This document shows, piece by piece, positions 1 to 8,505 of a DNA stretch of 33,846 nt. The notes under the pieces are model-generated. The model had not been told where the DNA came from. It did not search any database and saw only the letters and a program-made list of their open reading frames with translations. The translations under genes were made by a program, and so were the position numbers. Origin of the DNA: an uncultured Chlamydiae bacterium (GTDB lineage Bacteria > Chlamydiota > Chlamydiia > Chlamydiales > Parachlamydiaceae); NCBI GenBank assembly GCA_963830365.1, contig CAWHMU010000023.1, forward strand, positions 1 to 33,846, read 5' to 3'. Each line of letters starts with the position of its first letter. Within the stretch, counting starts at the first letter, position 1.

Positions 1-180
1 TAAAGTGGTCCCCTTTGTCTAGACAAAAAATGGGAAAAGTTAAGCTAATAACCTCAAGTTTTTGTTGTTCTTGCAGCTAAAGGGGAATTGAGGGGGCTTG
101 CCCCTCAAGTTCCTTTAAAAATCAAGGTAATCCAAGTCCAACGAAGGCGGAAGGGGGGTAAGGGGGCTTGCCCCCTTTTC

Positions 181-1023
181 CTAAAGGCTCTGCCTAGAAA
201 AATACACCTCCGCAGGCGTTTTATAACCCAGTCCTTGGTGTGGCCTGCTCTCGTTGTAAAACTTAAAATAACTCTTAAGTCCATTACGGACATCTTTCAA
301 GCGTTCATTCCCTTTTGGATAAATCTCTTCATACTTCACGCTTCTCCAGAGCCTTTCAATAAACACATTATCAAGGGCTCTGCCTTTTCCATCCATACTG
401 ATTCTGACTCCGCCTGCTTCTAATCTCTCTACAAACCAACAGCAGGTGAATTGAACTCCTTGGTCTGTGTTGAATATCTCAGGACTAGCTCGAGAAAGCC
501 CTCTTTCTAATGCATTAATGCAAAATTCCGCATCCAGCAGATTCGAAAGTTCCCATTCGATCACATACCTGCTAAACCAATCGATGATCGCAAAAAGGTA
601 TCCAAATCCTTTCAACAAAGGAACGTAGGTGATATCTGCAGCCCATGCCAAATCGGGTTTATCTACTACAATCCCTCTTAGTAGGTAAGGAAACTTTTTA
701 TGCTCCTTATTTGCCGCACTCAGATTGGGCTTGGGATAGATTGCTTCTAAACCCATTGTCTGCATCGCCGTTCGAATCCTTTTTCCTCCTACAAAAAAAC
801 CTTGAGCTCTCATTGCTATCGTCATCCGTCTTCTTCCATAGAAGGGAGTTTGAAGATATTGTTCATCAATAGCCCGCATGAGTGCCAAATCTTCCTCGTT
901 GGGCTGTTTGGCCTTATAATACAACCCAGATCGTGACATTCCAAGCAAATGACACTGACTTGATAGCGACAACTTCTTATGATCTGGCTCTATTAGAAGT
1001 CGTCGAGAATTTAAGTCAAACAT
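181..1023 (-). CDS. IS3 transposase OrfB (rve/DDE integrase core), probably made as an OrfAB fusion
   Basis: Motifs WAADITY, IIDWFSR, FNTDQGVQF, DNVFIERLWRSVKYE and YNESRPHQGLGYKTP. Confidence 0.95.
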   Translation of the reverse strand: MFDLNSRRLLIEPDHKKLSLSSQCHLLGMSRSGLYYKAKQPNEEDLALMRAIDEQYLQTPFYGRRRMTIAMRAQGFFVGGKRIRTAMQTMGLEAIYPKPNLSAANKEHKKFPYLLRGIVVDKPDLAWAADITYVPLLKGFGYLFAIIDWFSRYVIEWELSNLLDAEFCINALERGLSRASPEIFNTDQGVQFTCCWFVERLEAGGVRISMDGKGRALDNVFIERLWRSVKYEEIYPKGNERLKDVRNGLKSYFKFYNESRPHQGLGYKTPAEVYFSRQSL

Positions 1024-1304
1024 CCTAACTTTTTTTTAAGCCACTCCACCTCCATTTTAAGACGTCCGATTTGCTCGAAAAGTTCTGCCTTTTCTTTAAC
1101 TTCCTGTGCTGTCCCAGTCATCTTGCTCGGTTTTTCAAATACAGTTGTGGCAGTTGATAAAAAGTGTTTTTTCCACTCCGACAACACGATAGGATGCACT
1201 CCCAGTTCACCGGATAATTGACTTGCAGTCTTTTCTCCCTTCAAAATCTCAAGCACGGCTTTGACTTTAAATTCTGGGGGATATTTTTTTCTTGTTCGGC
1301 TCAT
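1011..1304 (-). CDS. IS3 transposase OrfA (HTH)
   Basis: Sequence RKKYPPEFKVKAVLE...ELFEQIGRLKMEVEWLKKK is typical of IS3 OrfA. The start may be 1304 or 1310. Confidence 0.9.
   Translation of the reverse strand: MSRTRKKYPPEFKVKAVLEILKGEKTASQLSGELGVHPIVLSEWKKHFLSTATTVFEKPSKMTGTAQEVKEKAELFEQIGRLKMEVEWLKKKLGCLT
1029..1037 (-). other. Programmed -1 frameshift slippery site (A8G) joining orfA and orfB
   Basis: The minus strand reads AAAAAAAAG at the end of orfA (WLKKKL), which is the standard IS3 A-AAA-AAG motif. Confidence 0.8.
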
Positions 1305-1382
1305 TTTCACCTCTTTTCTTAAAGAGGGTATTAGCTTAGACCATTGTCCAAATTTCCGGGACCATTATAACCTTTGTCCTGC

Positions 1383-1397
1383 AAAACCGGATGAACC
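1383..1397. mobile_element. Orphan right TIR of a MITE (AAAACCGGATGAACC)
   Basis: Exact reverse complement of the left TIR at 12301-12315 (GGTTCATCCGGTTTT). Confidence 0.6.
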
Positions 1398-1559
1398 ATA
1401 TTGGGTGGTTTTACGATCATGCCATCGCGGGAGCTGTCGCGCCGTCCAAGATGTCAAACTCTCGCTAGATCATGGTATACATTAAAACATCGATCGATTA
1501 TTTGTTTTTAGTGTGTCTTGTATGCTTTGAGTGTATGTATTCTTAAAAGAGAGGATCTT

Positions 1560-1936
1560 ATGTCGACTCCCTATGCTACTACCGCAAATTCTCATCGCTC
1601 GTTTTTTACTTTGGCCGACAGCAGCGCAAGTCCTACCCGGCAAGGCTCAAGGGATAATTCTTGCTGGGGCAGAAATTGGCATAAAATTATGATGGGTGCC
1701 ATGGCGAGTTTGGTCAGCGGGACTGTTTTGGCCATCATAGGAGGAAGCTTAGCCCCCCAGACTGTAATGATGCTGATGATGCCCAATGCACTGCCGGTAA
1801 AACCCTCTTTTTCATTGGCTTAACTTTAGCCGCCCCCGCCATTAGCATAGGGGTGATAAAATGTGCAAAGAGCCTATGCAAGCAATGTGGTCAGGAAAAT
1901 GAAGGAGTATCATATGACGGCGGCAGCAGGGTCTAA
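1560..1936 (+). pseudogene. Inc-like membrane protein split by a frameshift in the C6 tract at 1753-1758; paralogue of 2112-2816
   Basis: RBS GAGGA precedes ATG 1560. Frame 1 gives NSCWGRNW plus a hydrophobic segment. The -1 frame continues PDCNDADDAQCTAGKTLFFIGLTLAAPAISIG...* (stop at 1936), matching TQCDDGDDGSCQTGKICCYAALGLMAPAIML in the next gene. Confidence 0.75.
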
Positions 1937-2111
1937 TGCCATATGATACGAGAAACGCCAGTTGAGCATGTGAAACGATTAGACAGATTTTCTGTGTGCA
2001 GCCGCCGCAGTTAGGATTATACCACGGGGCTTGGGCATAGCTAAAGACGTCAAACCTAAGCGCGTGTGGTGTAAATATCTTTGGAATATCCATTCTTTAA
2101 TTGAGGTTGTT

Positions 2112-2816
2112 ATGTCATTTTTTGCGTCCACCATCGCCAATCGACCGCCACATCTTTACCTTTTGCCATCCAATACAGCAGCGCCATTCCAACCGGTCTT
2201 GTCACCGATAGCTTCCTCACCGATAAAATCGCCACTAGCATCGCCGCTATCTTCACTTGGATCATTATCCATCTCCTCACTATCATCAGCATCACCGGAG
2301 ATGTCGCCATCAGATACGCCAACATGTGCCGCTTCCCCTTGCAATGGACAGACAAACCCTCCCTCATCCACATCGCTGAATCTGCAACAATCAGATTCTT
2401 CGATGTATTCGTTGACCATATCGCCGATAAACCCACTGCAGCCGCCTTTTAAAGTGTCTAGAACATCGCCAAGCGGCTATTTTTGTTGTGAGGTGAGAAA
2501 TTCCTGCTGGGGAAGGACTTGGAAAAGACTGCTCATTCCCGGCACTATCGGCATCATTAGCGGGGTCATCGGCGCCTATTTGGTATCGACGCAGTGTGAT
2601 GATGGCGATGATGGTTCTTGTCAAACAGGCAAAATTTGCTGTTATGCGGCTTTGGGCTTGATGGCGCCGGCCATCATGCTTAGCTTGGCGCGTTTGGGGG
2701 CTTGTATCGTCTATATCTCGTGCCAGCAAGCCGATGATATTCCGGCTGCTTCGCCAGATAGCCCGATCGGACAATACTATCGCGCATCATCGCCAAGGAG
2801 ATCCGCTACCGTTTAA
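2112..2816 (+). CDS. Putative inclusion membrane (Inc-like) protein with a Ser/Pro-rich N-terminus
   Basis: RBS GAGGT before ATG 2112. Low-complexity S/P N-terminus, then two hydrophobic segments separated by a short acidic Cys loop (bilobed hydrophobic domain). Confidence 0.65.
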   Translation: MSFFASTIANRPPHLYLLPSNTAAPFQPVLSPIASSPIKSPLASPLSSLGSLSISSLSSASPEMSPSDTPTCAASPCNGQTNPPSSTSLNLQQSDSSMYSLTISPINPLQPPFKVSRTSPSGYFCCEVRNSCWGRTWKRLLIPGTIGIISGVIGAYLVSTQCDDGDDGSCQTGKICCYAALGLMAPAIMLSLARLGACIVYISCQQADDIPAASPDSPIGQYYRASSPRRSATV

Positions 2817-2824
2817 GTTCTGCA

Positions 2825-2853
2825 TTGAGAATAATGCGGCGGCATGCTATCTT
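2825..2853 (+). promoter_or_regulatory. Putative sigma70/sigma66 promoter upstream of the SRP RNA
   Basis: TTGAGA-17 nt-TATCTT, with TGC immediately before the -10 box. Confidence 0.5.
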
Positions 2854-2919
2854 TAATGTTCACTCGCTAAAATAGCGATCGATCTTTCGCAAAGAACCTC
2901 TTTCGCAAAGAAAATCTTT

Positions 2920-3018
2920 CACCGGGGACCTCATGGAATAGAACAGTCCGAACCAGGTCAGGACAGGAATGTAGCAGCCTTAAGGATAGCGTTTTATGCC
3001 TTGAGATAATCTCCGGTG
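2920..3018 (+). ncRNA. ffs: Signal recognition particle 4.5S RNA
   Basis: Core GGTCAGGACAGGAATGTAGCAGCC matches the SRP helix-8 motif (CAGG...GGAA loop...AGCAG). The ends CACCGGGGA and TCTCCGGTG pair, and a T-run follows. Confidence 0.9.
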
Positions 3019-3028
3019 TTTTTTTTAT

Positions 3029-4018
3029 CTATTCCCAAACTTGTCTTTTATGTTTCATTTCGCGCGGCATCTCGCCGGCCGGCAGAGGGAAGGTCAATGG
3101 ACGTCTTCGGCCGATAAATAAGGCATGGCTGATACCCGACTCGCTCCACAGGAATTTGGTGATGCGTTCCAGCGCTGTCAATAGCGGTTTATTTTGGCGC
3201 AAGCCTGCTGCCAACGGGGCTGAGGCTAAGTTGACGATTTTCCAGCATAGCGCCAGCACGGCTGTCGAATTCCATTTAAACCAAAAGCGGCTGAAATATG
3301 CGCGCTTGGCCAGCTCCTGTTGGCGCACATCGCGGCTTTGGCTGGCTTTGACAAAGGCCGCCGGCGCCTCCAACAAGCGCAAAAGCTGGATGAAGAGGCG
3401 GTGATAGCTCAGCACCCACTGGTCGATGATGAATTCCGTCTCGCCAAGCGCCGCAAAGCGTTCTAGCGCATCGTCGGTATCTATATCCAAGCCGGTAGAA
3501 CAAGCCACCAGGCCGTCGGCTTTGACCAGGCGCGCAAGCTCGGCAAACAGCAGGCGGTATTCATCGGCCGGCAGATAACCGATGACTTCAGTGCATACCA
3601 CCAGGTCATAAGCGTTGTCAGCCAGGCGCGTGTTGGGCAGGCAGTCATGGATCGGGGTGATGTGCTGCATATCTGCGCTTTTTAACAGCTGCAAGGCATT
3701 GGTGGCTACATCGACGGCATCGATGGCGGCGCCGCCATCGCGCAAAAGACGCGAAATTACGCCCCCGCCGCAGCCGAGATCGACGGCCTTTAGGCCTGTC
3801 AGAGAGGTGCGCGTGCGCAGCGCTTCGATGGTGCGCTGCACCCTTTGGCGCTGCATGCAGTCGCGTTCGGGATTAAATTGCTGCACATCCTGGTGCCATA
3901 GGCGTTCCATCCTGGCTTGGGTTTCCTGGCGGCGCGAGCTTTTGCCGCCAAGGGCTGCAGATGAGGGGAAAGAAGATTTCTTTTCCACAAAATTGACCTT
4001 AAGGCGCTGATCACACAT
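3029..4018 (-). CDS. Class I SAM-dependent methyltransferase
   Basis: Motif I VDLGCGGG, AVDVA, YDLVVCTEVIGY and LVKADG; RBS-like AGGTGG upstream. Confidence 0.85.
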   Translation of the reverse strand: MCDQRLKVNFVEKKSSFPSSAALGGKSSRRQETQARMERLWHQDVQQFNPERDCMQRQRVQRTIEALRTRTSLTGLKAVDLGCGGGVISRLLRDGGAAIDAVDVATNALQLLKSADMQHITPIHDCLPNTRLADNAYDLVVCTEVIGYLPADEYRLLFAELARLVKADGLVACSTGLDIDTDDALERFAALGETEFIIDQWVLSYHRLFIQLLRLLEAPAAFVKASQSRDVRQQELAKRAYFSRFWFKWNSTAVLALCWKIVNLASAPLAAGLRQNKPLLTALERITKFLWSESGISHALFIGRRRPLTFPLPAGEMPREMKHKRQVWE

Positions 4019-4055
4019 AATTCCACCTGCTAGCTGTTAAGATTCTAAATTCTCA

Positions 4056-4220
4056 CTATACCACGCGCGGTTAGGTTGTGCACATTTTGGCAACGCGACA
4101 GCTCCCGCGGTTGAACGATCGAAAGCGACCCCATATTGCAATATTGGGTCGCTTTCGATCGTTCAACCGCGGGACTTTGGCGCAGCCGAAATATGCACAA
4201 CCTAACCGCGCGTGGTATAG
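4056..4220. repeat. 165-bp near-perfect palindrome, MITE-like with CTATACC...GGTATAG ends
   Basis: The ends CTATACCACGCGCGGTTAGGTTGTGCA and TGCACAACCTAACCGCGCGTGGTATAG pair, and the inner CCCGCGGTTGAACGATCGAAAGCGACCC arm is also inverted. A partial extra end lies at about 4520-4533. Confidence 0.85.
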
Positions 4221-4229
4221 ATCATGGTA

Positions 4230-4475
4230 TAAACATCCAGCATCAAGAATCTTTAAGTTAGCCGTGAAAACGGCGGCGGCATGTAGCCACAGGTGAAAAC
4301 CTGTGGTAAATACATCGGCAATATCAAGCCGTGGCTACGGCGGCAGAGCGCTCGAAGACCCTGCCGCCGTAGCCACGGCTTAATCTCTTGGGCTGTGATT
4401 ACCACAGGTTCACACCTGTGGCTACATGCTGCCGCCGTTTTCACGGCTAACTCAAGATCTTGGCCTGGATGTTTA
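4230..4475. repeat. REPIN-like palindromic element (GTAG-hairpin arms)
   Basis: Arm AGCCGTGAAAACGGCGGCGGCATGTAGCCACAGGTGAAAACCTGTGG...AAGCCGTGGCTACGGCGGCAG and its inverted copy. Outer TAAACATCCAG and CTGGATGTTTA also pair. Confidence 0.85.
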
Positions 4476-4727
4476 AAGGCACGAAATTAAACCAATAGCC
4501 AAAAACGGCTGCATCTATACCGCGCGTGGTATAAATAGCAGAGCGAAAGACGTTTAGCATCTCTGTGCCGTTTTTTGTTAATTCCCGCTATGGTAGGGTT
4601 CCGCAGCTCCGCTTGGCGTTGAATTTTTTAGATTAGCTTGCCGGTGTGATAAATTGCAATTTTGATTCTAAATTCTACCAAGAAAGAAGGGGATTTGCTA
4701 TATTTCCCTGTCAAAGGAGATAATACT

Positions 4728-5384
4728 ATGCTTAAAATCATCTTGTCCATGCTAATAACCATACTGGCAGTTGGCTGTGGGGCCCCACGCTATGTCGATT
4801 ACTTTCCCTGCCGCGACGACGGCACACCCAAGCCCAAAGTGGCCTTGATTCCCGCTGTCGATATATCTCAATCAGGCTTACCTTGGGATGTATCTGCGGA
4901 AATCTCCGAAGCACTTTACTATGAGTTTATGAATAGCGGCGAGTTATACGTGCTATTGCCGAAAGAGATCGGGCCGGCCTGGTCGAAATACAAAGCCACC
5001 GATTTTTTTGATAGCCAGATGTCATTTTGCCCAGACTTCGCCTGTGCCGATTTCATCGTGGCCATGGAAGTGATCGAAGACTCGATCACAGACTGCGACT
5101 CTTGTGGCGGAGCGCCCATCTCGCCATCCAATGCCTGCAACGAAATAGCCACCATGCGCATGCGCTTAAAGGTTATCGATGTGCGCTGCGAGACACCCCG
5201 CGTTATCCTCTATGAGATCGTTAAAGCACATTATCTGATGGCGCCGTCACGGGATACGTGCGGTGAAGAGATTGTATGCTGGGGCAGCAAAGGCTATGCA
5301 CTGTCGCCCTATGGCATCGTGCATCGGCGCATGGCATGCAATCTGGCGCGGCGACTGGAAGAAGTCCTTTGGAGTACCAGATAA
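4728..5384 (+). CDS. Chlamydial lipoprotein (CT253-like)
   Basis: RBS AAGGAG; signal peptide with lipobox LAVGC; KPKVALIP motif; sits upstream of a CAAX protease, as CT253-CT254 do. Confidence 0.7.
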   Translation: MLKIILSMLITILAVGCGAPRYVDYFPCRDDGTPKPKVALIPAVDISQSGLPWDVSAEISEALYYEFMNSGELYVLLPKEIGPAWSKYKATDFFDSQMSFCPDFACADFIVAMEVIEDSITDCDSCGGAPISPSNACNEIATMRMRLKVIDVRCETPRVILYEIVKAHYLMAPSRDTCGEEIVCWGSKGYALSPYGIVHRRMACNLARRLEEVLWSTR

Positions 5385-5386
5385 GC

Positions 5387-6325
5387 ATGAATGCTGCGTT
5401 TGAAACCCTCTTGCAGGAGCGGCTATATGTCTTTTTTATCGCCGTAGCTGTCGGATTGTTCGCTTCTTTTGTGGCCTGGAAATTGGGGTATTATCGCCTG
5501 AAAGATCAAGCCCTGAAAGATCAAACTTTGGCCCATGTATCAGGCCAGGTAAGGCAAAGCTCCTGGCTCGGCTGGAAGGTCGTGCTGGGGGCTTTTGCCG
5601 TCTTCCTTTGCGTCGAACTGATCGCCGTGCCCTCCTTTTACATGTTCTGGCTCTCGCTGAAAGAAGGGCGGCTTGTCCCATCCGCCGAGGCCAATCCCGA
5701 CCAGGAGACACAAGGCTGGATCAATCTGCTGGGGATGGTCTGCACGGCGCTTGCGCTCGGCCTTTACTATCTGGAGCAAAACCGCAGTTGCCGCGGCGAG
5801 ATATGGGGTGAGGGGCATCCTCCCCGTAAAAGCTGGCAGGTGGCTGTTGATATGGCGCTTGGCGCCTCCACCTGGCTGCTGGCCTATCCTTTGATCATTG
5901 CCGTCAGTCAAGTCACTGACGTTATCCAGCAATTCGTCTATCAGGGCCCGCATGCAGATCAGGTGGCGGTATCGCATTTGAAAGACATTTTCAAGCATCC
6001 GTCCTTGTTTTGGCTGACGGTTGTCGCCATCGTCACCATTGTGCCTTGCTTTGAGGAGCTGTTGTTTCGGGGTTTTTTGCAGTCATGGTTGAAAAGCCTG
6101 TTTGGATCTGGCAAGTCCATTATCATGACGTCCATACTTTTCGCCTCGTTCCATTTCTCCATCAAGCAAGGCGTTGAAAATTTCGAGCTGCTGATTTCAC
6201 TGTTCCTGCTTTCCTGCTATCTGTGTTTTATGCGCGAGCGCCAAAATTCCCTTTGGGCTTCCATCGCCCTGCATGCCACCTTCAATGGGATCAGCCTGAT
6301 CCTGCTATTTTATGGCGATTTTTAG
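5387..6325 (+). CDS. CPBP/CAAX (Abi) family intramembrane metalloprotease
   Basis: Motifs PCFEELLFRG, FASFH and SIALHATFN; multiple transmembrane segments. Confidence 0.9.
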   Translation: MNAAFETLLQERLYVFFIAVAVGLFASFVAWKLGYYRLKDQALKDQTLAHVSGQVRQSSWLGWKVVLGAFAVFLCVELIAVPSFYMFWLSLKEGRLVPSAEANPDQETQGWINLLGMVCTALALGLYYLEQNRSCRGEIWGEGHPPRKSWQVAVDMALGASTWLLAYPLIIAVSQVTDVIQQFVYQGPHADQVAVSHLKDIFKHPSLFWLTVVAIVTIVPCFEELLFRGFLQSWLKSLFGSGKSIIMTSILFASFHFSIKQGVENFELLISLFLLSCYLCFMRERQNSLWASIALHATFNGISLILLFYGDF

Positions 6326-6443
6326 AATCCCGATGCTAAACCGTTGTAGAAATTAAAGATGCTATATGTTATGCTGATTTTTAATATATAACTGCATGGC
6401 CGGGCGAAAAATCAGGCCGTTCTCATTCGGAGCATACTCTTAA

Positions 6444-7238
6444 ATGGTGGCTGCACTTCTAATGCCGTACAAACTTCTGGCATTCGGTCTATCCGATATC
6501 GGCCTTGTCCGTCAAAATAATGAAGACATCTGGGCGGCGTTACCCGAAGACGGGTTTTTCCTGCTTGCCGATGGCATGGGCGGTCATCAGGCCGGTGAAG
6601 TCGCCGCCCGCGAAACGGCTAATATGCTCTGCCGCATCGTGCGCAAAAAAATCGCCCCCATGCGGGAAGCTGGCGGCTTGGCAGACAGTAAAGAGCTTAT
6701 GCGCCGAGCCATCCGGCATGTGAACACGCTCGTCTATAAGCTTAGCCGCACGCAGGATGAACTGCGCGGCATGGGCACTACGCTATGCTGCTTGCTCTTT
6801 CATGAACACAGTCTGATCTTTGCCCATGTCGGCGACAGCCGCATCTATCGCTTTCGCGATGGTAAGCTGCAGCAGCTGACAAGCGACCATTCGCTATTGC
6901 GCGAGCTGGTGGATCAAGGGCAGCTAAACGAGCGCGAAGCTTCGGATTTCGTCTATAAAAATATCATCACTAAAGCCATCGGCACAGAGCCTAAAGTAGA
7001 GCCTACTGTCGATACCGCGGATGTGTTGCCTAATGATCTATATCTCATGTGTTCCGATGGACTGTCTGATCTATTGACAGCACAGGAGATTCAGGCTATT
7101 ATTAAGGCCGCTGCCACTATCCAGCAAGCCGCCACTCAGCTTGTGGCCTGTGCTAATGAGAAGGGTGGACGCGACAACATTACCGTGGTGTTTACAAAGG
7201 TTGAAGAGTTGCATGAATCCAAGGATCTATCTCGATAA
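6444..7238 (+). CDS. PP2C-type Ser/Thr phosphatase (Stp1/IreP family)
   Basis: Motifs RQNNED, ADGMGGH, GMGTT, HVGDSR, CSDGL and GGRDNIT. Confidence 0.95.
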   Translation: MVAALLMPYKLLAFGLSDIGLVRQNNEDIWAALPEDGFFLLADGMGGHQAGEVAARETANMLCRIVRKKIAPMREAGGLADSKELMRRAIRHVNTLVYKLSRTQDELRGMGTTLCCLLFHEHSLIFAHVGDSRIYRFRDGKLQQLTSDHSLLRELVDQGQLNEREASDFVYKNIITKAIGTEPKVEPTVDTADVLPNDLYLMCSDGLSDLLTAQEIQAIIKAAATIQQAATQLVACANEKGGRDNITVVFTKVEELHESKDLSR

Positions 7239-8343
7239 TAATGGCAGCACCCCTTTAGACCCCCGTGTCAACGATCTAATCATCAGCCTGCTTCCTGAGC
7301 TGATCGGCAACCCCTCAAGTACCCATGCCTACGGACAAAAAGCCCGCAGTTTAATTAGCCGGGCGCGCAGCTCAATTGCCGCCTTTCTGCATGTCAAACC
7401 CCAGGAAATCATTTTCACCTCTGGCGGCACCGAAGGGGCCAATATGCTCATCCGCGGCCTGCTGCCGCCGCAAGCCGGCCACATCATCACCTCTGCCGCC
7501 GAGCACGCCTGCGTATTTACCACCGTCAAGCAGCTGGAGCTGTGCGGCTACAAGACGACTGTTTTGTCTCCCGGACTTTGGGGCGCGGTCACGGCCGAGG
7601 CCGTTGAGGCCGCCATCCAGCCCGCTACCAAGCTGATCGCGCTGATGGCCGTCAATAACGAGACGGGGGTGAAAACCGATCTTGCCGCCATCGGCAAAGT
7701 TGCCCAGAAGCACGGCATCCCTTTTTTCGTCGATGGCGTCGCGCTGCTCGGTAAAGAAGTGTTTGAGATTACCCCCGGCATCTCGGCCATGTCCTTCAGC
7801 GGACATAAGCTGCACGCGCTGCAAGGGATAGGTTTTTGTTATCTGCGCGGCGGCGTCAAATTCCAGCCCTTGCTGGTGGGCGGGGAGCAGGAGTTCGGCC
7901 GGCGGGCGGGTACGGAAAACGTCTTGGGCATTGCCGCGCTGGCAAAGGCTATCGAAGTGCTCTCTTGGGAACTGCCGGCAGCCTCGCTGCGCATGCAGTC
8001 GCTGCGCGATACGTTTGAAAAGACGCTCATGGAAGAGCTGCCGGGCGTGTCTGTCAATGGTCAAGGTCCGCGCACGGTCAATGTCAGCAACCTGGCTTTT
8101 GCAGGCGTCGATGGCGAGGCTATGTTGATGGGCCTGGACAGCGCCGGCATCGCCGCCAGCCACGGTTCGGCCTGCGCTTCGGGTTCGCTTGAGCCTTCGC
8201 GCGTGCTGCTCGGCATGGGGCTGCCGCTTGAGCTGGTGCGCTCTTCCATCCGTTTCTCCCTAAGCCGCTTCACTACCGGCGAAGAGATTGAGCGCGCCTG
8301 CCAGCTCATCAGCGCTCTGGTAAAACGCCTGCGCCAATCATAA
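7213..8343 (+). CDS. iscS: Cysteine desulfurase (NifS/IscS family)
   Basis: Motifs IYLDNNGST, GNPSS, FTSGGTE, NNETG, SGHK (PLP lysine), RAGTEN and SHGSAC. Overlaps the end of the PP2C gene. Confidence 0.9.
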   Translation: MNPRIYLDNNGSTPLDPRVNDLIISLLPELIGNPSSTHAYGQKARSLISRARSSIAAFLHVKPQEIIFTSGGTEGANMLIRGLLPPQAGHIITSAAEHACVFTTVKQLELCGYKTTVLSPGLWGAVTAEAVEAAIQPATKLIALMAVNNETGVKTDLAAIGKVAQKHGIPFFVDGVALLGKEVFEITPGISAMSFSGHKLHALQGIGFCYLRGGVKFQPLLVGGEQEFGRRAGTENVLGIAALAKAIEVLSWELPAASLRMQSLRDTFEKTLMEELPGVSVNGQGPRTVNVSNLAFAGVDGEAMLMGLDSAGIAASHGSACASGSLEPSRVLLGMGLPLELVRSSIRFSLSRFTTGEEIERACQLISALVKRLRQS

Positions 8344-8505
8344 AGCGCAAAGACAAGGCGGACGAAGCAGACACAAGGCGGACGAAGCCGACAATCGGGC
8401 ATGTATCCTAGTACCCATATATCTATATCGTCCGCTTTGTCCGCTAGCTGTTATAACTCATCTTTTGGCAACTTGGGTGTTTTGGCGAGTTCCCTTTCGG
8501 TAAGG

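Larger units (their letters stand above)
1..1369 (-). mobile_element. IS3-family insertion sequence, apparently complete
   Basis: Imperfect 25-bp terminal inverted repeats: 1-25 (TAAAGTGGTCCCCTTTGTCTAGACA) and 1345-1369 (reverse complement TATAATGGTCCCGGAAATTTGGACA). They enclose overlapping orfA/orfB genes. The left flank lies outside the window, so a target-site duplication cannot be checked. Confidence 0.9.

Noticed and set aside
4078..4490. Short ORFs over palindromes, also at 15493-15791, 21142-21412, 24209-24406, 24689-25061 and 30913-31107
   Set aside because: They are by-products of non-coding repeats; similar peptides on both strands simply reflect the palindromy.
7372..8163. 263-aa antisense ORF within the desulfurase gene, and similar shadow ORFs in pnp, the CBS genes and tadA
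   Set aside because: They overlap well-supported genes on the opposite strand and show no motifs.
8463..8478. TTTTGGCAACTTGGGT, resembling an IS982-type end (ACCCAAGTTGCC)
   Set aside because: No partner TIR or target duplication was found nearby.
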